Shown: piece after piece, positions 47,412-57,864 of the stretch
How the letters are laid out: each line of letters opens with the position of its first letter
How positions within the stretch are numbered: the first letter of the stretch is position 1
Origin: an uncultured bacterium
GTDB taxonomy: Bacteria > Bacteroidota > Rhodothermia > Rhodothermales > UBA10348
NCBI GenBank assembly: GCA_938018055.1
Contig: CALIKL010000009.1
Span: forward strand, 10,147 to 74,146
Reading direction: 5' to 3'
DNA: 64,000 nt
Position numbers and translations under genes: made by a program
The notes under the pieces: generated by a model
Told to the model about the DNA's origin: nothing
Database searches by the model: none
The model's input: the letters and a program-made list of their open reading frames with translations, nothing else

Positions 47412-48038
47412 GTGCGCTCTTCTCGCTCGTCGGCGTCCGTGATCGCCCTTATTCTCCTGTTCCTGGTATCAACAGGATTCACCTTCCTTCTGGTGCAGAA
47501 TTTTCAATACCGGGCACTGAAGGTTGAATCGGACAGGGATATCGATGACCGCTTCAATGAACTATCCGAGGAAGGTTGGTATCCACGGTTCGTAATGAAG
47601 TACGAAGCCGATCCGAAGCTGATCTTTGAGCGTCCGCGCGACAGCGCCGTTCGAACGACCACGTGGACCTATCGGGCCGATGTGGTCGGAGCAGCCAAAG
47701 AAATCGACGATCAGTTCAACGAGCGGGCCTCTGAAGGATGGGAGCCCCTGTTTGTTTTTCGTACCGGGGCCATGAATCAGAATTGGCGCATCATCTTTGG
47801 GCGAGATCCTGAGAACATCGTTACCGATCTCGAATACCGTGCCGTGTTGATTGGCCAGGGCCGAGAAGTCGATGATACATTCAATCAGTACAGTGCGGAC
47901 GGCTGGTACCCGATGTTCGTGATTCCGGACGTGACCGAGGTCGCCAACGACTACACGAATGATGACGGGAATATGCAAACCGACTGGGTAGAAGAAACCC
48001 GCTGGCGTATGCTCTTCAGTCGGCTGCTGGATTACTGA
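47412..48038 (+). CDS. Membrane-anchored protein with three tandem DUF4177-like repeats
   Basis: Three internal repeats: YRA-x6-[DE][IV]DD-x-FN-x4-[ED]GW[YE]P-x-FV...[IL]-x-F-x-R. They begin near 47508, 47670 and 47835. An N-terminal basic stretch plus TM (SVIALILLFLVSTGFTFLLV). The start is uncertain: TTG 47343 is the longest ORF, and GTG 47412 or 47439 is more plausible. Confidence 0.65.
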   Translation: MRSSRSSASVIALILLFLVSTGFTFLLVQNFQYRALKVESDRDIDDRFNELSEEGWYPRFVMKYEADPKLIFERPRDSAVRTTTWTYRADVVGAAKEIDDQFNERASEGWEPLFVFRTGAMNQNWRIIFGRDPENIVTDLEYRAVLIGQGREVDDTFNQYSADGWYPMFVIPDVTEVANDYTNDDGNMQTDWVEETRWRMLFSRLLDY

Positions 48039-48068
48039 GGTTCGACGGACTGCCTTTGCTGGCCCGGG

Positions 48069-49769
48069 TTACATCTTGGCGGACGCGAGGTGGATCTTCT
48101 TCTCGCGGCGTGGTCCTTTTGGTGTAAGCATATTGTCCTTTTCCTCGGCGTAGGCGACACACGAACGCACGAAGGATGCAAACAACGGATGAGGATTACC
48201 TACGGTCGAACGGTATTCCGGATGGAACTGTACCCCTACGAACCAACGGTGCTCAGGTAGTTCCACAATCTCAACGAGATCCCGCCGGGGATTGACACCG
48301 GTGAAATGCATCCCGTGCTCGGCCAGCTTGTATCGTAGAACGTTGTTGAGCTCGTAACGATGGCGATGGCGCTCCTTGATCTTCTTCTTTCCACCATAGA
48401 TTTCGGAGGCGCGCGATCCCTCGGAAAGCTTGCAGGTGTAGGCGCCCAGACGCATGGTGCCCCCCTTTTCGGAAATCTTCTTCTGCTCCTCCATCAAGTC
48501 GATGACCGGATGCTCCGTATCCGGATCGAATTCCGTGGAGTGGGCTGTAGACCAGCCACAGACGTGGCGTGCATACTCAATGACGGCACACTGCATCCCG
48601 AGACAAATGCCGAAAAACGGGATGTCGTTTTCACGTGCGAATCGGACTGCCTCGATCTTCCCCTCCACGCCGCGATCCCCAAAGCCCGGAGCAACGAGCA
48701 CGCCGTTCACATGGGCGAGTCGGTCCTCTACGTTCTCGGTGGTCAGTTCATCTGAAAGGATCTGAACGAGCTCGACCTGTACACCATTGGCGGCACCGGC
48801 CAGAATGAAGCTTTCAGAAATGGACTTGTAAGCATCCTGGTGTTCGACATACTTACCGACCAGGGCGATACGAACCTTCCCTTCCGGCTCTTTGAGCTGA
48901 CGCAGGAATCGGACCCATCCGTCCATGTCCGGAGCTTCCAATACGTTGCCTTTGAAGTCCTCTTCCAGGTGGAGACGCTCGACAGCAATGGTGTCGAGAC
49001 CCTGCTCTTTCATGAGCAGCGGGACTTCATAAATGGATTCGGCATCCTGGGAAGCGATAACGGCACGCTGGTCCACATTGCAGAACAACGCCAGTTTGCG
49101 GCGCACGTCGTCGGTGAGGGGACGGTCGGTGCGGCAGACCAGTACGTCCGGCTGTAGTCCGTACGAGAGAAGCGTCTTGACGGAATGCTGACTGGGCTTG
49201 GATTTGACCTCGCCAGCAGCTTCCAGATACGGAAGCAGCGTAAGGTGGATATTCAACGTATTGCGCGCACTCATTTCGTAGCGCAGCTGACGAATGGCTT
49301 CGAGGTAAGGCTGTCCTTCGATATCCCCTACCGTTCCGCCGATTTCCGTGATCACCACATCGTAGTCGCCCGTCTCCCCGAGCTTCTGCATCCAGTGTTT
49401 GATCTCGTCAATGATATGCGGCACGACCTGCACCGTCTTGCCGAGGTAGGCGCCTGAGCGTTCCTTCTTGATGACCTCGAGATAGACACGACCCGTTGTG
49501 ACGTTGTTGGCCTGGCTGGTGGCCACCCCTAGGAATCGTTCATAATGACCCAGGTCGAGATCCGTCTCTGCCCCATCATTGGTCACGTAGACTTCCCCGT
49601 GCTCATACGGGTTCATCGTACCGGGATCGACGTTGATGTAGGGATCGAATTTCTGGATGGTGACCCGTAAACCGCGATTTTCGAGAAGGCGGCCGAGTGA
49701 GGCACACACAATGCCTTTTCCAAGGGACGACGTTACGCCGCCGGTCACAAATACGTACTTCGTTTGCAC
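48069..49769 (-). CDS. pyrG: CTP synthase
   Basis: KYVFVTGGVTSSLGKGI, the GATase motif FFGICLGMQ and HRHRYE. GTG start. Confidence 0.97.
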   Translation of the reverse strand: MQTKYVFVTGGVTSSLGKGIVCASLGRLLENRGLRVTIQKFDPYINVDPGTMNPYEHGEVYVTNDGAETDLDLGHYERFLGVATSQANNVTTGRVYLEVIKKERSGAYLGKTVQVVPHIIDEIKHWMQKLGETGDYDVVITEIGGTVGDIEGQPYLEAIRQLRYEMSARNTLNIHLTLLPYLEAAGEVKSKPSQHSVKTLLSYGLQPDVLVCRTDRPLTDDVRRKLALFCNVDQRAVIASQDAESIYEVPLLMKEQGLDTIAVERLHLEEDFKGNVLEAPDMDGWVRFLRQLKEPEGKVRIALVGKYVEHQDAYKSISESFILAGAANGVQVELVQILSDELTTENVEDRLAHVNGVLVAPGFGDRGVEGKIEAVRFARENDIPFFGICLGMQCAVIEYARHVCGWSTAHSTEFDPDTEHPVIDLMEEQKKISEKGGTMRLGAYTCKLSEGSRASEIYGGKKKIKERHRHRYELNNVLRYKLAEHGMHFTGVNPRRDLVEIVELPEHRWFVGVQFHPEYRSTVGNPHPLFASFVRSCVAYAEEKDNMLTPKGPRREKKIHLASAKM

Positions 49770-49868
49770 GGGTCCCGAGCGTTGGTGGCGAAATTCGAGC
49801 GATGGCTCTGCAGAAGGGCGATCCGGTGGGTTGGACCCCGTTTGAAGTGCCCGTCGAAAATACGCAAC

Positions 49869-50681
49869 CTAGGGCCGATGCGCCACCACGATGAGCCCCG
49901 TACCTGTGCGGTTTTTGGATGAAACGTCCAATGCGTTCAATACCAGCGACGGCAACAGCACCAGAGCATACCAGAACGGAAGCACGACGACGCTCAGGAA
50001 CGATGCGTTCAGCCACACCATGGGCCACTTGATGGTCAGTCGCCACGCGAGACGTCCAAATGGACCGTATGTATAGTCGATTACGTCAGCTTCGAGACCA
50101 GCCTGCTCCAGCTTGGAACGCATTTCTTCGCGGCCATAGCCGTCTCGTACGTGTTCGCCGATAAAGCTCTCGCCCTCGTCGCCGTGGGAATCCGACCCGC
50201 CTTGATCCGATGGCGTGTTTATGATTACAACTCCTCCCGGGCGCAGCACCCTGCGAAAGTGCGTGAAAACCTGGACGTCCTCGAGAATATGCTCCATCAC
50301 ATCGACGGAGAGAATCAAGTCGAACGGGCCCTGGGCCTGCAACGCGGTAAGGTCATCCATTGCAAACGAGACCCGGTCGGCCAACCCCTCCTGTCGCAGG
50401 AAAGACTCAGCCCGCTCCAGATAATCGGATTTGATGTCCACGGCGTGAATGTGAACCCGTTTCCATCGCCGGACGATCCACCAGGAAAACTGACCAAAAC
50501 CGGTCCCCGCATCCAGTATGCGAGCCTGTGTTTCGCCCGAACCCAATGCTTGGCGCAGGGCCCTGCGTACATGCCAGGCACGCAGGAAAAAGAGGTGGAG
50601 CAAGCGGAAGAAAAGCCGCGTCCGCCAGCGACTTCCTTCAACAAGCGACCCAAATCGGTCTTTTACCGGATCGTAATCCAT
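49869..50681 (-). CDS. Class I SAM-dependent methyltransferase with C-terminal membrane helices
   Basis: Motif I ILDAGTGFGQF, then DLILSVDVMEHI and LRPGGVVII. The C-terminal WPMVWLNASFLSVVVLPFWYALVLLPSLVL is hydrophobic. Confidence 0.8.
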   Translation of the reverse strand: MDYDPVKDRFGSLVEGSRWRTRLFFRLLHLFFLRAWHVRRALRQALGSGETQARILDAGTGFGQFSWWIVRRWKRVHIHAVDIKSDYLERAESFLRQEGLADRVSFAMDDLTALQAQGPFDLILSVDVMEHILEDVQVFTHFRRVLRPGGVVIINTPSDQGGSDSHGDEGESFIGEHVRDGYGREEMRSKLEQAGLEADVIDYTYGPFGRLAWRLTIKWPMVWLNASFLSVVVLPFWYALVLLPSLVLNALDVSSKNRTGTGLIVVAHRP

Positions 50682-50689
50682 GGAAGCAA

Positions 50690-51811
50690 CTAGCGAGTGA
50701 GGAAAGGCTGAATGAAATGCTCCCAGGTGAATCGGTTCCGGGCGTGGGCGGCCCCCTCGGTCAGGCGCGTGCGAAAGCCGTCATCCATGATCCGCTCAAT
50801 AGCGCGCGCCAAAGCGTCGGGGTCCTCGGGTGCCACCACCAGGGCATCCTCCTCGTGACGCACTACTTCGGGAAGCCCGCCGACGCCGGTCACCAGGACT
50901 GGACGGCCGAAATGGAACGCCGTCTGAACAACTCCACTCTGCGTCGCCGAGCGGTAAGGTTGGGCGACGGCGTCGGCGGCCGAGAAGTACAATGTAACCC
51001 GCTCATCCTCGATGTAGCGATCCTCGAAGTGAACCCGTGAAGCCAGCTCAGGCGACGAAATCTGTTTCTCGGCCTCTTCGCGGCTCTGATACCATTCGCC
51101 TGCTATCAGCAAGTGCGGCTGCGCGTTGGCTCGGCCCATCGCTTGCAGCAGAATGTCTATCCCTTTGTAGGGACGAACCAGTCCGAAGAACAACAAGATC
51201 ACAGCATCTGGGTCTAGACCCAGCGCCTTGCGTGCCTCCGAGCGATCCACGACCGGACCGAATTGATCGTAGGTCGGGTGAGGACGAACCTCCATATCGA
51301 CCTCAACTCCCATGGCAGTCAGGTCACGACGCACCGTTTCTGAAAGGGCTACAATGTGATCACATTGGCGCACGAATCGCCGGGTCAACGTCGAAGCGAG
51401 GGGCTGTTTCTCATGAGGAACCGCATTGTGCACGATAGCCGAACAACGAATACCCCGTTCTTGCAGACGTGCAGCAATGGATGCATACGCCGGTGCAAAA
51501 AATGGCATCCAATGCATGAAAACAGCGTGATCGGCACCCGCGTCCATCAAACGGTTTGCGGCGCGGGCCCAGGTCCACGGTCCAACCGAATCAACGACAG
51601 GCGCAGCGTCGAACAACGGATCAGAAGAGTCCTGCAGCTGCGAGCTGCCCGGAAACAGGAATTGAGGATACAGACGACGAAACGACAGTCCGATGACGGG
51701 CTCGCCCGCTTCATGCATGGCCTTGTGGAATCGCTCTGTAAATTGCGCTATGCCACCCCGAAACGGGGGATACGGACCGATGATACCCGTGGTCGATGAC
51801 GACTCACGCAT
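50690..51811 (-). CDS. Glycosyltransferase family 4 (GT-B)
   Basis: N-terminal IGPYPPFRGGIAQF. C-terminal E-x7-E region (PYRSATQSGVVQTAFHFGRPVLVTGVGGLPEVV). The start was trimmed to ATG 51811, giving an 8-nt overlap with the GT2 stop. The track ORF reaches 51922. Confidence 0.85.
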   Translation of the reverse strand: MRESSSTTGIIGPYPPFRGGIAQFTERFHKAMHEAGEPVIGLSFRRLYPQFLFPGSSQLQDSSDPLFDAAPVVDSVGPWTWARAANRLMDAGADHAVFMHWMPFFAPAYASIAARLQERGIRCSAIVHNAVPHEKQPLASTLTRRFVRQCDHIVALSETVRRDLTAMGVEVDMEVRPHPTYDQFGPVVDRSEARKALGLDPDAVILLFFGLVRPYKGIDILLQAMGRANAQPHLLIAGEWYQSREEAEKQISSPELASRVHFEDRYIEDERVTLYFSAADAVAQPYRSATQSGVVQTAFHFGRPVLVTGVGGLPEVVRHEEDALVVAPEDPDALARAIERIMDDGFRTRLTEGAAHARNRFTWEHFIQPFLTR

Positions 51812-52814
51812 CACGGATCGCCTCCTTTTCTGCAGGGCTTGATCCCCCCTCCTGCCTGGAAGCAGGGGCAAGGATCTCGAGCATTTGAAAGGTATCTGTT
51901 CGCTGCATGCGTGGCTCAACAATCATCTGACCAATCAATCCGGTAGTGAACATCTGGACACCGACAAGAATGAGCGCGACCCCAAACAGCAGTAACGGTC
52001 GGTCTCCAATAGGTTGACCGAAAAAGAGCTTGTCAATTGAAATCCACAGACTGATAATGAACCCGCCCAGGAACGCCAGGGTGCCAAACGTACCGAAGAA
52101 ATGCATCGGGCGCGACGCAAAACGTGTCAGGAAGGTGACGCTCAAGAGATCGAGGAATCCGCGAAGGAAGCGCTCGAACCCGAATTTGGTGGTCCCATGC
52201 CGACGTGGATGATGCTGCACCTCCTTCTCGGTAATTCGCTCGAATCCTTCCCACTTGGCCAGCAGTGGGATGTAGCGGTGCAACTCTCCGTAAACTTTCA
52301 CTGTCTTGACAACTTCAGACCGATAGGCCTTGAGTCCGCAGTTGAAATCATGCAGTGGAATGGAGGCAATGCGCCGCGTAACGAAATTGAAGAATCGGCT
52401 CGGCACCGTCTTGGACAAGGGGTCCTGTCGCTTCTTCTTCCAGCCGCTGACCAGATCGTATCCCGTTTCCAAGAGCGCGATCAGACCAGAAATTTCAGCG
52501 GGGTCGTCCTGGAGGTCGCCATCCATGGTGACAACGTAGCGGCCGCGGGCCCGTTCGAATCCGACTGCAAGGGCGGCGGACTTTCCGTAATTGCGGCGAA
52601 AGCGGATACCTGCGAAGCGAGCATCCCGCTCGTGCATCGTTCGAATTACATCCCATGTTTCATCCGTGGATCCATCATCCACGAAGAGCACCTCAAAGGA
52701 AAACCCTGACCCGTCGCAGACACTACGGATACGATCGACCAACTCAGGAATCGATCCCTCCTCGTCCAGCACGGGAATCACGATGCTGAGCCGGGGTGTA
52801 GCGGATTCGGTCAT
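51804..52814 (-). CDS. Glycosyltransferase family 2, polyprenyl-phosphate glycosyltransferase-like (GtrB/ArnC/DPM1 type)
   Basis: LSIVIPVLDEEGSI, FVDDGSTDET and TMDGDLQDDP (DxD), plus two C-terminal TM helices. This is the typical architecture of polyprenol-phosphate sugar synthases. Confidence 0.88.
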   Translation of the reverse strand: MTESATPRLSIVIPVLDEEGSIPELVDRIRSVCDGSGFSFEVLFVDDGSTDETWDVIRTMHERDARFAGIRFRRNYGKSAALAVGFERARGRYVVTMDGDLQDDPAEISGLIALLETGYDLVSGWKKKRQDPLSKTVPSRFFNFVTRRIASIPLHDFNCGLKAYRSEVVKTVKVYGELHRYIPLLAKWEGFERITEKEVQHHPRRHGTTKFGFERFLRGFLDLLSVTFLTRFASRPMHFFGTFGTLAFLGGFIISLWISIDKLFFGQPIGDRPLLLFGVALILVGVQMFTTGLIGQMIVEPRMQRTDTFQMLEILAPASRQEGGSSPAEKEAIRDA

Positions 52815-52896
52815 GGGGCGTCTGGGAAGATGGTCTCGAACCGGGAAGCCTATGAGGTTCAGCTACGCGACAGAAGCGTTGCCAGGCCTCGAAAGA

Positions 52897-54951
<2,055 letters not shown>

Positions 54952-54987
54952 TCACTTTCCGCCTGAAAGGCTCCTTGAAGCAACACG

Positions 54988-55644
54988 TCAGGCTTCGAGA
55001 TACCGCATGAACTCCTGAACCCGGTCGAGCAGGTCTTCCGCGTCTTCCTCTTCCCCGAAAGCGGCGACTACACGGTAACCGTTGTGCTCCAGAATATGCC
55101 GAATACGCGATGCTTCCCGAATATTCAGTTTGATCGTCACGCCAACCATATCCTCGTGGGCCTCGGTCGAGAGAGAGAGGACCTTGGTATCGTTCTGTTC
55201 GATCAGATAAATGATCTGACTCAAGGATAGATCGCGTTGCGCTACCTCCAGCGCCACGATGGCTCCCGATTCTTGTGTGGCCAGCATCCGCGCAAATCGC
55301 TCGAACAAATCATGGCGACGAACGATACCCTGATAACTACCCTCTTCATCCAGAACGGGTACAAGGGTCAGATCATGATCCATCATCACTTTGGTCACGT
55401 CAAAAACGTGAGTTCCCGTCGTGATGGCAATGGGTTCAACGCCCAACATCTCGCCGATGAGCGAGGCAGGAGATGCTGCGTCGAGCAACATCTCTTCCGA
55501 GAGCAGGCCCACCAAGCGGTTTTCCATCGACACAACCGGTAGATGACGGACGCGCAGTTCCATCATCAGCCCGAGTCCATACTCGACCGAATCCTCCGGG
55601 CGAAGCGGAGGCGTGGAAACGCTTATGAGATTGGAGACCGTCAT
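54988..55644 (-). CDS. CBS-pair domain protein with ACT-like C-terminal domain (AcuB-like)
   Basis: Two CBS repeats (RVRHLPVVSMENRLVGLLSEEML and DLTLVPVLDEEGSYQGIVRRHDL) and a C-terminal region, GAIVALEV...VTIKLNIREASRIRHILEHNGYRV, that resembles an ACT domain. Confidence 0.8.
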   Translation of the reverse strand: MTVSNLISVSTPPLRPEDSVEYGLGLMMELRVRHLPVVSMENRLVGLLSEEMLLDAASPASLIGEMLGVEPIAITTGTHVFDVTKVMMDHDLTLVPVLDEEGSYQGIVRRHDLFERFARMLATQESGAIVALEVAQRDLSLSQIIYLIEQNDTKVLSLSTEAHEDMVGVTIKLNIREASRIRHILEHNGYRVVAAFGEEEDAEDLLDRVQEFMRYLEA

Positions 55645-55864
55645 AATGGTGTTCGCGTGTGAGGATCGTCCGAAAGACCCTACTGCTCAAACGTACAACT
55701 TGTATGCCGTTTCCTTAGGATACGCCACGAAGTATACGATTCACCCAATTCAGACACTGTCTTGACCCGCTATTGACACCGAAGTGCCCTTTCCGGGCAT
55801 CGAACGGAATCCCCGGCTGTCTCCAAACCCGGACACTCTGATAAAAGCCTTGGTGAGACAAGCC

Positions 55865-57121
55865 TCAAACGGGCTGCGTATCCTCTTCCACCAGCTGAAA
55901 ATCTCGGTATCGGATCGTCAATGCTGCAAGATCATCTGAATACCGCGGCGCAACGCGGTAGCGCAACCGCACCACCCCAAGCGTTTGCCCTTCGTACGGT
56001 ATCTGTCCCCAGGTGTACTGCTCCTCAAGTACTTCGGCCACCTTGCGGATGTAGGCGATGCTCTTCTGGTCCGAAACAGGTATGATGGCGTCAACCTCTT
56101 CGAATCCTGAGTCGATCTTGCTCACCAGCCTATCCCGAAGCTCTATCAATCCGATGCCGCGCAAGCAGGAAACGAAGGCCGCGTCGGGAAATTCATTCTT
56201 GAGCGCGAGCAGGTGCTCTGGGTCCTCAATCGCATCGATCTTGTTGAAGACCAGAAGGGTTGCCTTATCCCGGACATCCAGCTCGGCTAGCGTACGCAAT
56301 ACGACAGCCTTGTGCTCACGAAAGGCTCGATGCGAAGCATCCATGACATGCATCAGGATGTCCGATTCACGAACCTCGTCGAGCGTGCTCTTGAAACTCT
56401 CGATCAACCGGTGTGGCAGCTTCCGGATGAACCCGACCGTGTCGGACAGTAGCACCTCTCGACCTGGTAACAACTCCACCGTGCGTGTCGTCGAATCCAA
56501 GGTGGCAAACAGTCTGTTCTCGGCAAGCACGCCCGCCCCGGCCAGCTCATTCATCAAGGTTGACTTGCCGGCGTTGGTGTACCCTACCAGCGATACGCGG
56601 GTGAATTTCGATCGCCCTTTGCGCTGGGTCGTGCGCTGACGGTCAATCTTGACCAAACGCTCCTTGAGAGAGGATATCCGCTGTCCGATCAGACGACGGT
56701 CGGTTTCAATCTGGGTTTCTCCCGGACCACGCATTCCAATGCCCCCCTTTTGACGGGAAAGGTGGGTCCAATGACGGGTCAGCCTAGGAAGAAGGTATTC
56801 GAGCTGTGCCAGTTCGACCTGGGTTTTGGCGGTCGCGGTCCTGGCGTTACGGGCGAATATGTCAAGGATGAGGGCCGAACGATCAAGCAGTTTACAGCCG
56901 ACCTCCTTTTCAATGTTTCGAACCTGGACGTTGCTCAGGTCATCGTCGAAGATGACCAGGTCCGCCTTGTTGCTCTTTACCCGGGAGGCTAATTCCTGCA
57001 CCTTCCCCTTTCCAACAAACGTGGCTACGTTGATCCGCTGGATAGTCGGCACAATGATGTCCACAACTTCGGCTCCCGCCGTATCAGCAAGAAGCGAGAG
57101 TTCGCGAATGGAATCATCCAC
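55865..57121 (-). CDS. hflX: GTPase HflX (listed from the first canonical start, GTG 57121; the conserved N-terminus continues upstream to about 57220)
   Basis: GKGKVQEL, LILDIFARNARTATAKTQVELAQLEYLLPRL, the G1 motif GYTNAGKSTLMN, DTVGFI and NKID. The upstream in-frame codons encode ERAILVGVITPGDD, the usual HflX N-terminal strand. Confidence 0.9.
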   Translation of the reverse strand: MDDSIRELSLLADTAGAEVVDIIVPTIQRINVATFVGKGKVQELASRVKSNKADLVIFDDDLSNVQVRNIEKEVGCKLLDRSALILDIFARNARTATAKTQVELAQLEYLLPRLTRHWTHLSRQKGGIGMRGPGETQIETDRRLIGQRISSLKERLVKIDRQRTTQRKGRSKFTRVSLVGYTNAGKSTLMNELAGAGVLAENRLFATLDSTTRTVELLPGREVLLSDTVGFIRKLPHRLIESFKSTLDEVRESDILMHVMDASHRAFREHKAVVLRTLAELDVRDKATLLVFNKIDAIEDPEHLLALKNEFPDAAFVSCLRGIGLIELRDRLVSKIDSGFEEVDAIIPVSDQKSIAYIRKVAEVLEEQYTWGQIPYEGQTLGVVRLRYRVAPRYSDDLAALTIRYRDFQLVEEDTQPV

Positions 57122-57238
57122 ATCGTGTCGATCATCGCCCGGAGTAATGACGCCAACCAGAATGGCGCGTTCTCTTCCTGCTTCCTTCGGCTCTTGGGCT
57201 GCTTCGTTCGGACTGAAAATGGCAGTTACCGGGTGAGG

Positions 57239-57799
57239 TCAATTTTTCAGGGTTTGGCCTTGGCGGACCACTCGGGTCGGTGCTTCCGAGGACCCATCCA
57301 GCTTGGCCCGACAGATGCAACGGAATTGCTCCAAGTGGGGCCGGGGAACCGTCACATCCAGTCGCTTTCGCTCTCCAATCAGGTCCTGGTACAAAAACGA
57401 GATCTGGGTGTGCTTGTCGTCTTCCAGTTCGAACCAATCAAAGACCTGTCCCCATCCCACCGCATCGCTACTGCGACCAGCTTCTGGGATAATGCCATAT
57501 TCCGTCACGATAACCGAACCGGAGAGAGCAACGGCCACGAACCACAATATGCCACCAAGGAAATAGCCTGCGAGCACTTCTCCTGCGACGGGAGCTACCG
57601 TATTACTGGAGTAGAGCATGAACACAACTACGATTCCCATAAACAGTGAGGGCCAAACCGGCAGGCTCCCAACACGAGCCGAATTCCAGGTCATCCGGAT
57701 TCCCCGAATACGGATACGCTGCAGGACGGTCATGGCCAGCAGAATACCCGTGACTCCCACAAAGGAGAATGCCAGGATGATATGCAGCGTGTTGATCAA
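57239..57799 (-). CDS. Four-TM membrane protein with soluble C-terminal domain, function unknown
   Basis: 186 aa. Helices IILAFSFVGVTGILLAMTVL, LPVWPSLFMGIVVVFMLY and LAGYFLGGILWFVAVALSGSVIV. Its TGA stop is in frame with hflX. Confidence 0.6.
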   Translation of the reverse strand: MINTLHIILAFSFVGVTGILLAMTVLQRIRIRGIRMTWNSARVGSLPVWPSLFMGIVVVFMLYSSNTVAPVAGEVLAGYFLGGILWFVAVALSGSVIVTEYGIIPEAGRSSDAVGWGQVFDWFELEDDKHTQISFLYQDLIGERKRLDVTVPRPHLEQFRCICRAKLDGSSEAPTRVVRQGQTLKN

Positions 57800-57864
57800 G
57801 ACAGAAAAAGGCTATTCACGATGACGAGGCTGTGGCAGCGAGCGCCCTCAGACGGGTAATGACG

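Noticed and set aside
49775-49845. Possible leader structure upstream of pyrG (GGGUCC...GGACCC closing helix next to the GTG start)
   Set aside because: It is a single 6-bp long-range pairing with no supporting internal structure or known motif.
52553-52562. GTTCGAATCC, a tRNA T-arm-like string
   Set aside because: It lies inside the GT2 coding sequence, with no flanking acceptor or anticodon arm complementarity.
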